Shown here: one piece after another, positions 37,785 to 47,260 of the stretch
How positions within the stretch are numbered: the stretch's first letter is position 1
Layout: every line of letters begins with the position of its first letter
DNA from: Acidimicrobiales bacterium
GTDB lineage: Bacteria; Actinomycetota; Acidimicrobiia; Acidimicrobiales; Bog-793
Length of the DNA stretch: 64,000 nucleotides
Assembly: GCA_049523315.1 (NCBI GenBank)
Contig: JBEKMZ010000005.1
Coordinates: 10,179 to 74,178 of the forward strand
Reading direction: 5' to 3'
Notes under the pieces: generated by a model
What the model saw: the letters and a program-made list of their open reading frames with translations, nothing else
What the model was told of the DNA's origin: nothing
The model's database searches: none
Made by a program: the position numbers and the translations under genes

Positions 37785-38063
37785 TCAGGACTCCCCGGCG
37801 TCCTCGGATGCCAAGAACTCACGGAGCTCTTCCAAAGTGGCGCTCTCGTGTGGCAGCGCCAGGTCGGACGGCACGAAACGGTCCGCAGCGACTGGCTTGC
37901 CGTCCGAGCGCACCTTTTTGACCATCTGGCCGAGCACGTCGTGGAAAGTCGGCTCGTCACCGGCCTCGAGGGCCGCAAGCAACTGCTTGTCGAGGTCCTC
38001 GAGCGAGGCTACCTGGCTCTCGTCAAGCTCGAACTGGCCCTCCCCCAAGATGCGCACGATCAT
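37785..38063 (-). CDS. PspA-associated protein PspAA
   Basis: MIVRILGEGQF..L..LD, PSDL.LP..ATLEEL; directly downstream of pspA. Confidence 0.82.
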   Translation of the reverse strand: MIVRILGEGQFELDESQVASLEDLDKQLLAALEAGDEPTFHDVLGQMVKKVRSDGKPVAADRFVPSDLALPHESATLEELREFLASEDAGES

Positions 38064-38908
38064 GATGCACCGCCCGCGTCGAGGCTGAATGGATCGGCGG
38101 GGGCGGCGGGAGTGGCCGTCGGCTTGTCCGGCACGACTTCGCCGTCGACGGGCTCCTCGGAGGCTCCCTCGGTGGTGCCCGCGCCGAGCTCTGCACTGGG
38201 CGCCGGAGCACCCTGGCCGAGCTCGCTCTTCATCGCCGCCAGCTGCAGCTCCACGTCGCTCGAGGCGGCCGCCTTGTCGAGCTGGGCCTGGATGGGGTCA
38301 GAGCTCCCGGAGAGGTCCGTGAGCGTGCCGGAAGCGAGCAGCTCGTCGACCGCACCGGCGCGCGCCTGCATCTGGGCGATCTTGTCCTGGGCCCTCTGCA
38401 TGGCGAGGCCCGTGTCGCTCATCGACTCGGAGATCCCTGAGACCGCCTCTCCGATCTTGGTCTGGGCCTGGGCGGCGGTGTAGGAGGCCTTGAGGGTCTC
38501 CTTCTGGGTGCGGAAGGCCTCCACACGAGCCTGGAGCTGTTGGGTCGTCGCCTCGAGCCGCTCTTGCTGCTGTGCGAGCTGGTCGTGCTGGGTCTTCAGG
38601 CCCTCGAGCTGGGTGGCGATCCCCGACCGGCGGGTGAGCGCCTCGGTGGCGAGGTCCTCGCGGTTTTGCGTGAGCGCCTGGCGCGCCTGGTTCTGCAGCT
38701 TGGCGGCGGCGGCCTGCAGTTGCTGGGCCTGCAGCTCGATGCGCTTTTTTGCTGTAGCGACATCCGCGAGGCCCCGTTTAACCTGCTGTAGCTGCTCGAT
38801 CTGCTTCTCATAGGAGAGATCAAGCGTCTCGCGCGGGTCCTCCGCCTTGTCGAGGACCTTGTTGGCCTTTGCCTGGACGATGTTCGTCAGGCGCTTCATC
38901 ACACCCAT
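38060..38908 (-). CDS. pspA: PspA/IM30 (bacterial ESCRT-III-like) protein
   Basis: N-terminal amphipathic helix, DKAEDP, long coiled coil, REDLA.EAL.R; SD AAGGGAG. Confidence 0.92.
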   Translation of the reverse strand: MGVMKRLTNIVQAKANKVLDKAEDPRETLDLSYEKQIEQLQQVKRGLADVATAKKRIELQAQQLQAAAAKLQNQARQALTQNREDLATEALTRRSGIATQLEGLKTQHDQLAQQQERLEATTQQLQARVEAFRTQKETLKASYTAAQAQTKIGEAVSGISESMSDTGLAMQRAQDKIAQMQARAGAVDELLASGTLTDLSGSSDPIQAQLDKAAASSDVELQLAAMKSELGQGAPAPSAELGAGTTEGASEEPVDGEVVPDKPTATPAAPADPFSLDAGGAS

Positions 38909-38988
38909 ATGTGCTCCCTTGACGTGTTACGGCCCAGCATAGGCGGGCTCGAGCGACAATCCCCACCGCGCCGATAGCGTGGCCAGCC

Positions 38989-39858
38989 ATGGACGACCAG
39001 CTCTGCATCCTGACCGTGCACGCCCATCCCGACGACGAGGCCTCCAAGGGAGCAGGGACCATCGCCAAGTACCACGCCGCCGGCGTCCACACGGTTCTCG
39101 TCACCTGTACCGGTGGTGAGGAAGGCGACATCTTGAACCCTGTCATGGACACTCCCGAGGTCCGTGCCGACATCGCCGCCGTCCGCCGTAGCGAGCTCGA
39201 TCAGGCCGTCGAGATCATCGGCTACGACGAGCTGGTCCTGTTCGGCTATCGCGACTCGGGCATGGCGGGCACGCCGGCGAACTCCGATCCGCGGGCATTC
39301 GCCACCCACCCGCTCGAGGAGACCGTTGAGCGCCTCGTTGCCGAGATCCGCCGCGTCCGCCCCCAGGTGGTCGTCACATACGGCGACGACCACGAGCACT
39401 ACCCGCATCCCGACCACATACGAGTGCACGAGATCTCGGTGGCGGCCTTCGATGCCGCCGGCGATCCCGGAGCTTTCCCGACGGCGGGCGAGCCTTACCA
39501 GCCGGCCAAGCTCTACTACTCGGTCTGGTCGAGGGCCCGGATCTTGGCTACGCACGCGAAATTCCTCGAGCTCGGCCTGGAGTCCCCATTTGACGAGGGC
39601 TGGTTGGACCGTCCCGGAGACGAGGACAGGATCACGACCTCTATCGACCTGGTGGGCTTCGAGGACATCCGTCGCCTGGCCCTGCTCGCGCACTCGACCC
39701 AGGTCGACCCCTCTTCGAGGTACTGGTTCGGGCTGCCCCCCGAGATCATGAAGACTATCCACCCCTACGACGACTACATCCTCGCGCGCAGCCTCGTGGA
39801 GACGGAGATCCCCGAGGACGACCTTTTCGCCGGGGTGCGACTGACGACGAGCCGGTAG
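38989..39858 (+). CDS. mca: Mycothiol S-conjugate amidase (PIG-L family)
   Basis: VHAHPDDEASKGAGT, TCTGGEEG.ILNP, GYRDSG, YPHPDH, ALLAH.TQVDP. Confidence 0.88.
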   Translation: MDDQLCILTVHAHPDDEASKGAGTIAKYHAAGVHTVLVTCTGGEEGDILNPVMDTPEVRADIAAVRRSELDQAVEIIGYDELVLFGYRDSGMAGTPANSDPRAFATHPLEETVERLVAEIRRVRPQVVVTYGDDHEHYPHPDHIRVHEISVAAFDAAGDPGAFPTAGEPYQPAKLYYSVWSRARILATHAKFLELGLESPFDEGWLDRPGDEDRITTSIDLVGFEDIRRLALLAHSTQVDPSSRYWFGLPPEIMKTIHPYDDYILARSLVETEIPEDDLFAGVRLTTSR

Positions 39859-39927
39859 CATCCGCCCGCGACAACCGTGTAGGCAAGTCTGCGGTGGAAA
39901 CGCCACCGGCACACCGAGGAGGACGAC

Positions 39928-40314
39928 ATGGCCAAGTGGCTGACCCAGGAGTGGCTCGATGAGGGCAAGAAGCTCGCCGAGGGACAGCCGGAGCGCCCCG
40001 GGGCTTCCGCCGGGTTGCAGTACGTGATCACCGGCGGGCCCGAGGGCGACATCCGCTACTACTGGGTGCTCGAGAACGGCAAGCTGCTCGAGTCGAAGCT
40101 CGGTGAGCTCGACGACGCCGAAGTGACGCTCACACAGAACTACGAAGACGCCATACGAATCCAAAAGGGCGAGCTCGATGCCAACGCCGCCTTCATGCAG
40201 GGACGTGTGAAGGTCACGGGCAACATGGCAAAGCTCCTGGCGCTGCTGCCAATCACGAACTCTGCCGAGTACAAACAGCTCCAGGTGGAGATCCTGGCCA
40301 TCACGGAGTTCTGA
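39928..40314 (+). CDS. SCP2 sterol/lipid-binding domain protein
   Basis: WLTQEW, GELDANAAFMQGRVKVTGNM; SD GAGGAGG. Confidence 0.85.
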   Translation: MAKWLTQEWLDEGKKLAEGQPERPGASAGLQYVITGGPEGDIRYYWVLENGKLLESKLGELDDAEVTLTQNYEDAIRIQKGELDANAAFMQGRVKVTGNMAKLLALLPITNSAEYKQLQVEILAITEF

Positions 40315-40339
40315 TCGCCTGCCGGGCCGGCGCACCCGG

Positions 40340-41215
40340 TCAACCCGAGCGCATGAGCTCGCGAAGCGCCCGGTAGCCGACAAGGGTCGTCCCGGTCGCC
40401 TCCACCGCCTCGACCAGGGCTCCCCTGGCGGCGAGGAGCTCGTCGTCAGCCGCGCGTTCGCGCCAGTCCGGTGCCGCAGCCCGCAGCTCGGCAGTGTCGA
40501 GCGCCGGACGCAGGCAGATCTCGGTCACGCCGGGCTCGAGCCCGGCGAGCAGCGCGCTCAGCTGTGCCGTGACACCGGCCCCGCCGAGCTCGGCCGGTTC
40601 GCCAGCGAGGATGCCGCCGGTGCCTCCGGTTTGGATGACACGGTCCGGTGAGACGACGCCGCGCTCGGCCGCGAGGGCTCGGAACGGGAAGCCAGCGAGG
40701 CGTTGCACCCCGGCGTCTGGGAGGCGCAGGGGCAGTCGGAACTCCTCGGCGAGGTCCAAGAAGACGTCGAAGAACTCCGGCTTGAGCTGGACGGCGTCGA
40801 GGTGAGCGTCTAGGTGGCTCACGTCGAAGCCCCAGTAGATGGCACGCTCGAGCTGCGCCCGGCACTCACGGTGCACCTCGTCGATATCGGCGTGGTCCCA
40901 GAGGTCGGCCGCGGTGCGCGGAAAACCACCGTCACCGTCGAGCAGGGACGGCGCATGGGTGATCGGTCCCCACCGGTACAGGTCGTGCTCGGCGTTCAAA
41001 GTGAGGCCGACACCGATGTCCTCACCGCGATAGCGCGCGGCGGCGTCGCGCGCCCAGGGCGCCGGGACCATCAAGGTTGCGGTCGTGGCCGTGGCGCTGC
41101 GCAGCGCCTCGTAGATGGCCAGGTTCCCGGAGTGGAACACACCGAGCTCAGCACAGCTCACGACGAGCAGGCGGTCCTCCGGGCCGGTACCGAGTCGCTC
41201 GAGCAGTGTCGTCAC
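40340..41215 (-). CDS. ChbG/YdjC/HpnK-family carbohydrate deacetylase-like protein with a degenerate active site
   Basis: TLMVP.PWA, LTLNAE, E.RAQ..RA..G.D.SHLD.H, L.PGVTE; DD motif replaced by AE. Confidence 0.75.
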   Translation of the reverse strand: MTTLLERLGTGPEDRLLVVSCAELGVFHSGNLAIYEALRSATATTATLMVPAPWARDAAARYRGEDIGVGLTLNAEHDLYRWGPITHAPSLLDGDGGFPRTAADLWDHADIDEVHRECRAQLERAIYWGFDVSHLDAHLDAVQLKPEFFDVFLDLAEEFRLPLRLPDAGVQRLAGFPFRALAAERGVVSPDRVIQTGGTGGILAGEPAELGGAGVTAQLSALLAGLEPGVTEICLRPALDTAELRAAAPDWRERAADDELLAARGALVEAVEATGTTLVGYRALRELMRSG

Positions 41216-41334
41216 CGGACCGACGGTAGCCGGAGCGAGCCGGGCGGCCAACCGCCTGCGGGCGCTGCACGCCCCCGACTCCGCCGAAAGGACCCGCCCG
41301 ATCGCTACCAGGAACAACGTGGCACACTGAGGCC

Positions 41335-42282
41335 ATGGTTTACTCAGGCATTCTGGCTTCAGATGCTCTCGTTGGCGGGATCATCGGGGGCGTCATCGTC
41401 CTTGGGTTCGTAGTCATGATCACGCTGCGCACGCTCATGACGGTCGTGACCGAGTACCAGCGGGCGGTCTTCTTCCGCTTCGGCCGCATCCGTGCCCAGG
41501 CCAAAGGTCCGGGCTTAATCTTCCGGATCCCCGGGGTCGACCGTGTCGTGAAGGTGAACTTGCGCGTCGAGGTGGTCGACATCCCCGCCCAGTCTGCAAT
41601 AACGGCCGACAACGTCACCTTGCAGGTCGACGCCGTCGTCTACTTCCGTGTCTCCGACCCGGTCAAGGCGATCGTCGGGGTGGACAACTTCCGCCTCGCG
41701 AGCCAGCGCATCGCGATGACGAGCCTGCGCTCGATCATCGGGCGCCACGAGCTCGACAACCTCCTTGCGCACCGGGAGGACATCAACAACGAGCTGAAGG
41801 CGCAGATTGCCCTGTCCACCCAGGGCTTCGGCGTCGAGGTGCACGAGGTCCAGATCCGCGACATCTCGTTGCCAAGCGAGCTCGTGCGGGCGATGTCGCG
41901 CCAGGCCGAAGCCGAACGGGAGCGCCGCGCGAAGGTGATAGCGGCGACCGGTGAGCTCGAGGCTTCGCGCGAGCTTTCGGAGGCCGCGGCGACACTTGCC
42001 TCGTCTCCGGGCTCGATGCAGCTGCGCTCGTTGCAGACACTCGCCGAGGTTGCGACCGAGCACAACTCGACCTTGATCTTCCCCATCCCGATCGAGTTGC
42101 TCGAGTTCATGCGCCGTCCCGGCGCGGCCGAGGACGGCAACCCGTTCGCTCTGTCGCCGAGACCACCGTCCCCGGTATCAGCCTCGCCCTCGCCGCCTGC
42201 GGTAGCGCCGCAGTCCGCTGCCGCCGGCGCGATAGGCGCCGCGGCGCCGTCCGAGGACGAACCCGGGGTCCCCTCGGTCTAG
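41335..42282 (+). CDS. SPFH/stomatin (slipin) family protein
   Basis: EYQRAV.FRFG, GPGL, Q..IT.DNV, RAM.RQAEAERERRAK.I.A.GE, LR.LQTL, FPIP. Confidence 0.92.
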   Translation: MVYSGILASDALVGGIIGGVIVLGFVVMITLRTLMTVVTEYQRAVFFRFGRIRAQAKGPGLIFRIPGVDRVVKVNLRVEVVDIPAQSAITADNVTLQVDAVVYFRVSDPVKAIVGVDNFRLASQRIAMTSLRSIIGRHELDNLLAHREDINNELKAQIALSTQGFGVEVHEVQIRDISLPSELVRAMSRQAEAERERRAKVIAATGELEASRELSEAAATLASSPGSMQLRSLQTLAEVATEHNSTLIFPIPIELLEFMRRPGAAEDGNPFALSPRPPSPVSASPSPPAVAPQSAAAGAIGAAAPSEDEPGVPSV

Positions 42283-42854
42283 TTCTGCAACGCTCGCCGC
42301 AAGGGCGCGATGCGCCTGGCAACGCGACCGAGCACCAAGCCGATCGCGATGCCACCGGCGACGTCGGAGGCGTGGTGGATCTTGGTGTGGATGCGGCTGA
42401 GCGCCACGACGAAGGCAAGCGCGTAGTACACAGGTGCCCGCTCCTCGCCTTCGGCGAGCAAAGTGGCGGCACAGAAGGCGGCGGTCGCATGCCCGCTCGG
42501 GAAGCTGGAGGTGAGCGGCTGGCGGAACGGCAGCGGGTGCGCCTCAACCGGCCGCGGGCGCCTGCGCCTGAACAGGGACTTTATCCCGGCGTTGACGAGG
42601 ACCGACTCGATCCCCGTGGCGACTATCGCCCGCACGCCCGCCCGGGTGTCGCCGGGGCGTCCGCGAAGAACCCGCACGAGGCCGAGCGCGAGCCACAACA
42701 GACCGAAGTCGCCGAGCGCCGAGGCTGTGTAAAAGAGGCGGTCCGCGACGCGATTGCCGCGCCAGCGGGCAAAGCTGGCGTCGACCCGGGCATCGAGCGT
42801 CTCGACGACACTGTCGCGGGCGTCGCCGTCGAGATTGGCGGCGGGGCGCATCAC
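42279..42854 (-). CDS. PAP2-family membrane phosphatase
   Basis: KSLFRRRRP, SFPSGH, SRI...HHASD. Confidence 0.9.
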   Translation of the reverse strand: MMRPAANLDGDARDSVVETLDARVDASFARWRGNRVADRLFYTASALGDFGLLWLALGLVRVLRGRPGDTRAGVRAIVATGIESVLVNAGIKSLFRRRRPRPVEAHPLPFRQPLTSSFPSGHATAAFCAATLLAEGEERAPVYYALAFVVALSRIHTKIHHASDVAGGIAIGLVLGRVARRIAPLRRALQN

Positions 42855-43729
42855 GCGGGCAGGCCCGCCGAGGCGACGGTCGCGGCGTCCAACGCCACAG
42901 CGTCGGGCACGCGACCGGAAAGGGCCACGGCCGCGATCGTCGGGTCACCCCCAAACGACGGACAGTATGCCTGGAAGGCGCAGTAGCAGCAGAGGCTCGA
43001 CGGATTGGGCCGGAAATCGTCCTGCCTGCAAGCTCGTTCGATGGCGGACCAGACGCCGAGAGCTCGTTGCCGGGTGCCACGCATGGCCTGGTCCGTCGGG
43101 GCGGCGGAGATGACGACCCGGTCGCGCAGGTAGAGAAGGCGGACGACCGAGGGCCGTCTGCCCAGCTCGGCCTCGCACATGAGGGCGTACATCTGGACTC
43201 CGCTCAAGCGCGACCGCGACTGCTCGCTGCGAGGTGCCCGCCCGGTCTTGTAGTCGACGACGGCCAGGCTGCCGTCCTCGAGCTCGTCGAGACGGTCGAT
43301 GATCCCGCGCACCGTGACGCCGTCGAGGTTGGTGGCGAGGTTTAGCTCGAGGCCGACCACCCGCACACCGTCGGGGTCCTCCAGCTCGAAGTACCGGCAG
43401 ACGAGCTCGCGGGCGTCTGCAAGGAAGGCGGCCTCTTCGGCTTCGTCGAGCTTGAGCCCGTCGAGCTCCTCGTCTTCGCCCAGCTCCTGCCATGCCTTGT
43501 CGAGGCTTGCCTGTGCCGCTGACATGCTCCTCGAGCCGCTGGGGTGATCCGTGAACAGCAGCTCGAGCGCACGGTGGACGAGCGTGCCCTTTAGCGCGGC
43601 AGGCGACGGCGGCTCGGGCAGGTGCTCGACGACCGAGAAGCGGAACGCGAGAGGGCAGTTCGTAAAGGAGGTGATCTTCGAAGGCGAGAGGGTGCTCGGC
43701 AGTTCGAGCACGGTTGCCACGGGAGCCAT
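42851..43729 (-). CDS. RecB/AddB/Cas4-like PD-(D/E)xK exonuclease with Fe-S staple cysteines
   Basis: LSPS...CP, GTLVH, GIIDRLD, VDYKTG, Q.Y, C..C.F...CP. Confidence 0.9.
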   Translation of the reverse strand: MAPVATVLELPSTLSPSKITSFTNCPLAFRFSVVEHLPEPPSPAALKGTLVHRALELLFTDHPSGSRSMSAAQASLDKAWQELGEDEELDGLKLDEAEEAAFLADARELVCRYFELEDPDGVRVVGLELNLATNLDGVTVRGIIDRLDELEDGSLAVVDYKTGRAPRSEQSRSRLSGVQMYALMCEAELGRRPSVVRLLYLRDRVVISAAPTDQAMRGTRQRALGVWSAIERACRQDDFRPNPSSLCCYCAFQAYCPSFGGDPTIAAVALSGRVPDAVALDAATVASAGLPA

Positions 43730-43739
43730 TGTGGCCAGG

Positions 43740-44588
43740 CTACGCCGGGGGTGGGTCAAGAGCCCGGATCACCGATTCGGCGACGGCGCCCGGCTGCTCG
43801 AGAGGCCCGAAATGGCCGAGGCCTGCCAGCACCTCCACGCGCCCGTTCGGGAGGCGCTCGGCCAAGAGCCCCATCGCGCCCGGGGTGAAGTCGTAGCTCT
43901 CGCCGCCACAAGCGAGAACGACGGGGCACTCGATCAGGCCGAGCCGGGAGAAGGCACAGTGGCGAAAACCGTTCTCGTAGATGCGTGCCTCGTTCTCACC
44001 CCTGCAGCGGAGCCGGACCGTGCCGTCTGGCAGGTCCTCGAAGCCGAACTCGACATAGGCGGCGAGCACGTCGGCATCGAAGGTCTCAAGCGGTGGCTTG
44101 GAGGCGTAGTTCGCGTAGGCCTCGGCGCGCGAGCTGAAGATCTCCCTTCGCTGCCTGGCACCCCTCGCGAGCGGCTCGGACAGATCCGGCGAGGGCGGCT
44201 TTTCGGATGGGAAGACGACGGGTTCGAAGCAGTACAAGCTCGAGAAAGTGCCCGGCCGCGCTTGTTCGGCCAGCAAGAGGGCGGCACCGCCGCACGAGTG
44301 CCCGACCCCGACAAGCCCCTCGAGCCCGAGCGCATCGAGGGCCGTGAGGACGTCGGCCCCGAAACCCTCCCAGTTGAAGTCCAAGTCGGTGGGCGACTCG
44401 GACTCGCCCTGCCCGCGAAGATCAGGTGCCACGCAGTGGAAGTGGCCCGAGAGACTCCGTGCGAGGGGGCTGAGCACGCGCCCGTGGAAGCCCGTCGCAT
44501 GGACGAGCATTGCCGGCGGGCCTTGGCCCCCGAGATCGTGAACGGCGAGGGTGACGCCGTCGGGGGTTGTGGCTCTGATGGGCGGCAC
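43740..44588 (-). CDS. Alpha/beta hydrolase
   Basis: HATGFHG, DLRGQG.S, GHSCGG, GHFGP. Confidence 0.9.
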   Translation of the reverse strand: MPPIRATTPDGVTLAVHDLGGQGPPAMLVHATGFHGRVLSPLARSLSGHFHCVAPDLRGQGESESPTDLDFNWEGFGADVLTALDALGLEGLVGVGHSCGGAALLLAEQARPGTFSSLYCFEPVVFPSEKPPSPDLSEPLARGARQRREIFSSRAEAYANYASKPPLETFDADVLAAYVEFGFEDLPDGTVRLRCRGENEARIYENGFRHCAFSRLGLIECPVVLACGGESYDFTPGAMGLLAERLPNGRVEVLAGLGHFGPLEQPGAVAESVIRALDPPPA

Positions 44589-44674
44589 CGTCCGAGCAGG
44601 CTACCAATGATGATGTTGCAGCCCGTGTAGGGCGATGGCGCCCAAGGCACGGGGCAAGCTAGAAAGTACGGGCC

Positions 44675-45277
44675 GTGGAACACCTGATCTCGTCCTGGGG
44701 CTATCTCGCACTGTTCCTCCTGACCTTCGCCGAGGCGGCCTGCGTGCCGATCCCTTCGGAGGTGACACTCGGCTACGCCGGGTACCTGGCTTCGACTGGC
44801 CGCTTCGAGGTGGCTCTGGTGATCGTGCTCGCAGTCGTCGGCGAGTTCCTGGGCTCCTTCGTGGGCTGGTCGATCGGCCGCTTCGGTGGCCGTCGGCTCG
44901 TCGAGAACTTCGGCCGCTACGTCCTTTTGACAAACGCCGATCTCGACCGAGCTGAGCGGTGGTTCTCCAAGCGCGGCGAGCCGGCCGTGTTCCTAGGGCG
45001 CATCCTTCCTGTCGTGCGCACGTTCATATCGATCCCAGCCGGGCTCGCGGAGATGAGCCTCGTTCGCTTCGGCGCGGCCACCTTTGCCGGCAGCGCGATC
45101 TGGTGCACAGCGATCGCGCTCGTTGGCTACGAACTCGGCGGGGAGTGGTCCAAGATCACCAAGGGGTTCAGCGCCGCGGGCTACCTGCTCGTCGCTGTGG
45201 CCGTCGTCGTGATCGCGGTCTTCGTTCTCCACCGCTACTCGGCTGTGCGCCGCGAGCGCGAGGCGACCGACCGCTAG
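44675..45277 (+). CDS. DedA family membrane protein
   Basis: E...PIPSE, GR.GGR, GR.LPVVRTFISIPAG. Confidence 0.92.
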   Translation: MEHLISSWGYLALFLLTFAEAACVPIPSEVTLGYAGYLASTGRFEVALVIVLAVVGEFLGSFVGWSIGRFGGRRLVENFGRYVLLTNADLDRAERWFSKRGEPAVFLGRILPVVRTFISIPAGLAEMSLVRFGAATFAGSAIWCTAIALVGYELGGEWSKITKGFSAAGYLLVAVAVVVIAVFVLHRYSAVRREREATDR

Positions 45278-45299
45278 CGGGCTCCGGCGCCCGGCGTGC

Positions 45300-46373
45300 T
45301 CAGCTCTTAGGGCAGCGGGCCGTCGAGGCCTGAGCGGAGTTCGCACTGACCTCGAGGCAGGACTCGTCGACGGCGACGAAGTCCCTGGCCGGGATCTCCT
45401 TCATCATGTCGACGAGCGTGATCGGCCACTGGGGCAATGCGCTCCCCTGGAAGTACCAGTCGCTGCCGTTGTCGGCGAGTATCAGGCCGTAGTGCTGCAT
45501 TGCCTTTATGACCACGGCCAGTTGGGTGCAGTAGGGCGTCCCGGCCTTGCAGATGTCCGAGGCACTGAACCCCGCGCTGAGGCGGAACCGCGCCCCCATC
45601 GGGGGGTAGTCGGCACCGCAGGACCCGGCTTCGTGACGCGCCGGCCATATGTAGGCCTCGTCGGTGCACTCGGTCGTGAACCTGATGGCGTGGTCGAGCT
45701 TGCCCGAGAGCACCTCCTGGTACAAGAGCAGCCCTGGCAGTATCGGGAGTCCGGCGGCATCGGCCGATGTCCACCCGGCCGGGCGAAGCGCGTTCGAGCT
45801 CAGGCTCCAGATCGCGCCCGAGCCTGCCGTCGAGCCGGTCTTCGACACGTACTGGGCGTCCCAGAGCTCATAGAGCACGCAGGTCGCCGGGTCCACCATG
45901 AGGGCGTGCCGGTCGCCCGAGGCGTTCTGGCCGCCTTCGATAGGCGTGTTCGGGCCGAAGGGGTAAGGACCCGGGTTGGACTCGCTGGCGTACTCGAACC
46001 TCAAGTGGATGAAGGACTGGGTCTTCGGGTTGATGACCGTCCACGGGATCCCGTAGGGGTAGCCGCCCTCGTTGGGCCCGAAGTCGGGATGCAGGTTCGT
46101 GCTCGAGACCGCCATGTGCGCCAGCCACGTTGCGCTGTTCTTGTTGACCGGCAGCGTGGAGATGTCGGTGTTCCAGACGTTGTCGGCGGGGAACATCTCA
46201 CACTTCGGAGCCCCGGGCACCGAAGGGCCCTTCGGCGTGGCGGTGGGCGTTAGCGCCCTGGACCTGCTCGCACCGAGAGCAGCAGGAGCGGCTGCCATCA
46301 AGAATGCGGGACACAAAACAGCGGCGATCCATCCAAGACGGCGCCGCGGGCGCGATCGATGAGAGCTTTCCAT
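45300..46373 (-). CDS. Conserved secreted hypothetical protein
   Basis: Signal peptide; FPADN.WN.DIS, GDRH, YELW, SADAAGLP, HAIRFT, WPARH, PMGARFRL, YG.ILADNG. Confidence 0.7.
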   Translation of the reverse strand: MESSHRSRPRRRLGWIAAVLCPAFLMAAAPAALGASRSRALTPTATPKGPSVPGAPKCEMFPADNVWNTDISTLPVNKNSATWLAHMAVSSTNLHPDFGPNEGGYPYGIPWTVINPKTQSFIHLRFEYASESNPGPYPFGPNTPIEGGQNASGDRHALMVDPATCVLYELWDAQYVSKTGSTAGSGAIWSLSSNALRPAGWTSADAAGLPILPGLLLYQEVLSGKLDHAIRFTTECTDEAYIWPARHEAGSCGADYPPMGARFRLSAGFSASDICKAGTPYCTQLAVVIKAMQHYGLILADNGSDWYFQGSALPQWPITLVDMMKEIPARDFVAVDESCLEVSANSAQASTARCPKS

Positions 46374-46465
46374 CTTCGGAGTATCGGCCTGAGCTCCCGA
46401 GCCTTGAGGGATTCTTGCCAGGCCCGGGGCCAAGCCCTACGGTCGGCCGGAGGAGGGAACCGGTG

Positions 46466-47260
46466 ATGGACGAATTCGAGAAGCTCACGCAGGCGACAAC
46501 GGACCCGCTCGCCCACCTTCTGGAGGAAGCCGTCGCCCTCGCCCGCCTGGCGGGCGAGCTCACCCTCGGTTACTTCCGATCATCGAGCCTCGCGGTCGAT
46601 GTGAAGATCGACGGCTCGCCGGTGACCCATGCCGATCGGAGAGCCGAACGCCTCATCCGCGAGGAGCTCGAGCTGCGCCACCCGGCCGACGGGATCGTCG
46701 GGGAGGAAGAAGGGGTCAAAAAGGGCGAGTCCGGGCGGCGATGGTTCGTCGACCCGATCGACGGGACCATCGCCTTCACCCGCGGCGTTGGCACCTACAC
46801 GAACCTTCTCGCCTTGGAGGACGAGGCGGGAATCGCCATCGGCGTGATCAACGCGCCGGCTCTCGGGGAGACGGTCTACGCGGCGCGAGGCATTGGGTGC
46901 TACTGGAACGGTGCCCGCGCGCACGTGAGCGGGATCGAGAACCTCTCCGAGAGCTATCTCACGACGAGTGCCTTCGACAATTGGGAGGAGGCGGCATTGC
47001 TCGCGGTGAAAAGGGCAGGCGTGCAATTACGGACATGGGCCGACGGTTTCGGCTACGCCCTCGTCGCGACCGGGAGGGTGGACGCGATGACCGACATGCA
47101 GGCCGAGTCCTACGACATCGCCCCGATGCCCGTGATCCTCTCGGAGGCAGGCGGGCGCTTCAGCGACCTTACCGGCGAGCCGCGCTACGACGGCGGCTCG
47201 GCTCTTGCCACCAACGGGCGCATCCACGACGCGCTCTTGAGGCTCTTGGTCCGCTCGTGA
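46466..47260 (+). CDS. hisN: Histidinol-phosphate phosphatase (inositol monophosphatase family)
   Basis: [29 protein letters not shown]....EAGG; HisN versus another IMPase substrate is not certain. Confidence 0.75.
   Translation: MDEFEKLTQATTDPLAHLLEEAVALARLAGELTLGYFRSSSLAVDVKIDGSPVTHADRRAERLIREELELRHPADGIVGEEEGVKKGESGRRWFVDPIDGTIAFTRGVGTYTNLLALEDEAGIAIGVINAPALGETVYAARGIGCYWNGARAHVSGIENLSESYLTTSAFDNWEEAALLAVKRAGVQLRTWADGFGYALVATGRVDAMTDMQAESYDIAPMPVILSEAGGRFSDLTGEPRYDGGSALATNGRIHDALLRLLVRS

Noticed and set aside
42851-43729. Cas4-like nuclease as a sign of CRISPR-Cas
   Set aside because: No cas1/cas2 and no repeat-spacer array in the window; solo RecB-family nucleases of this type are common in actinobacteria
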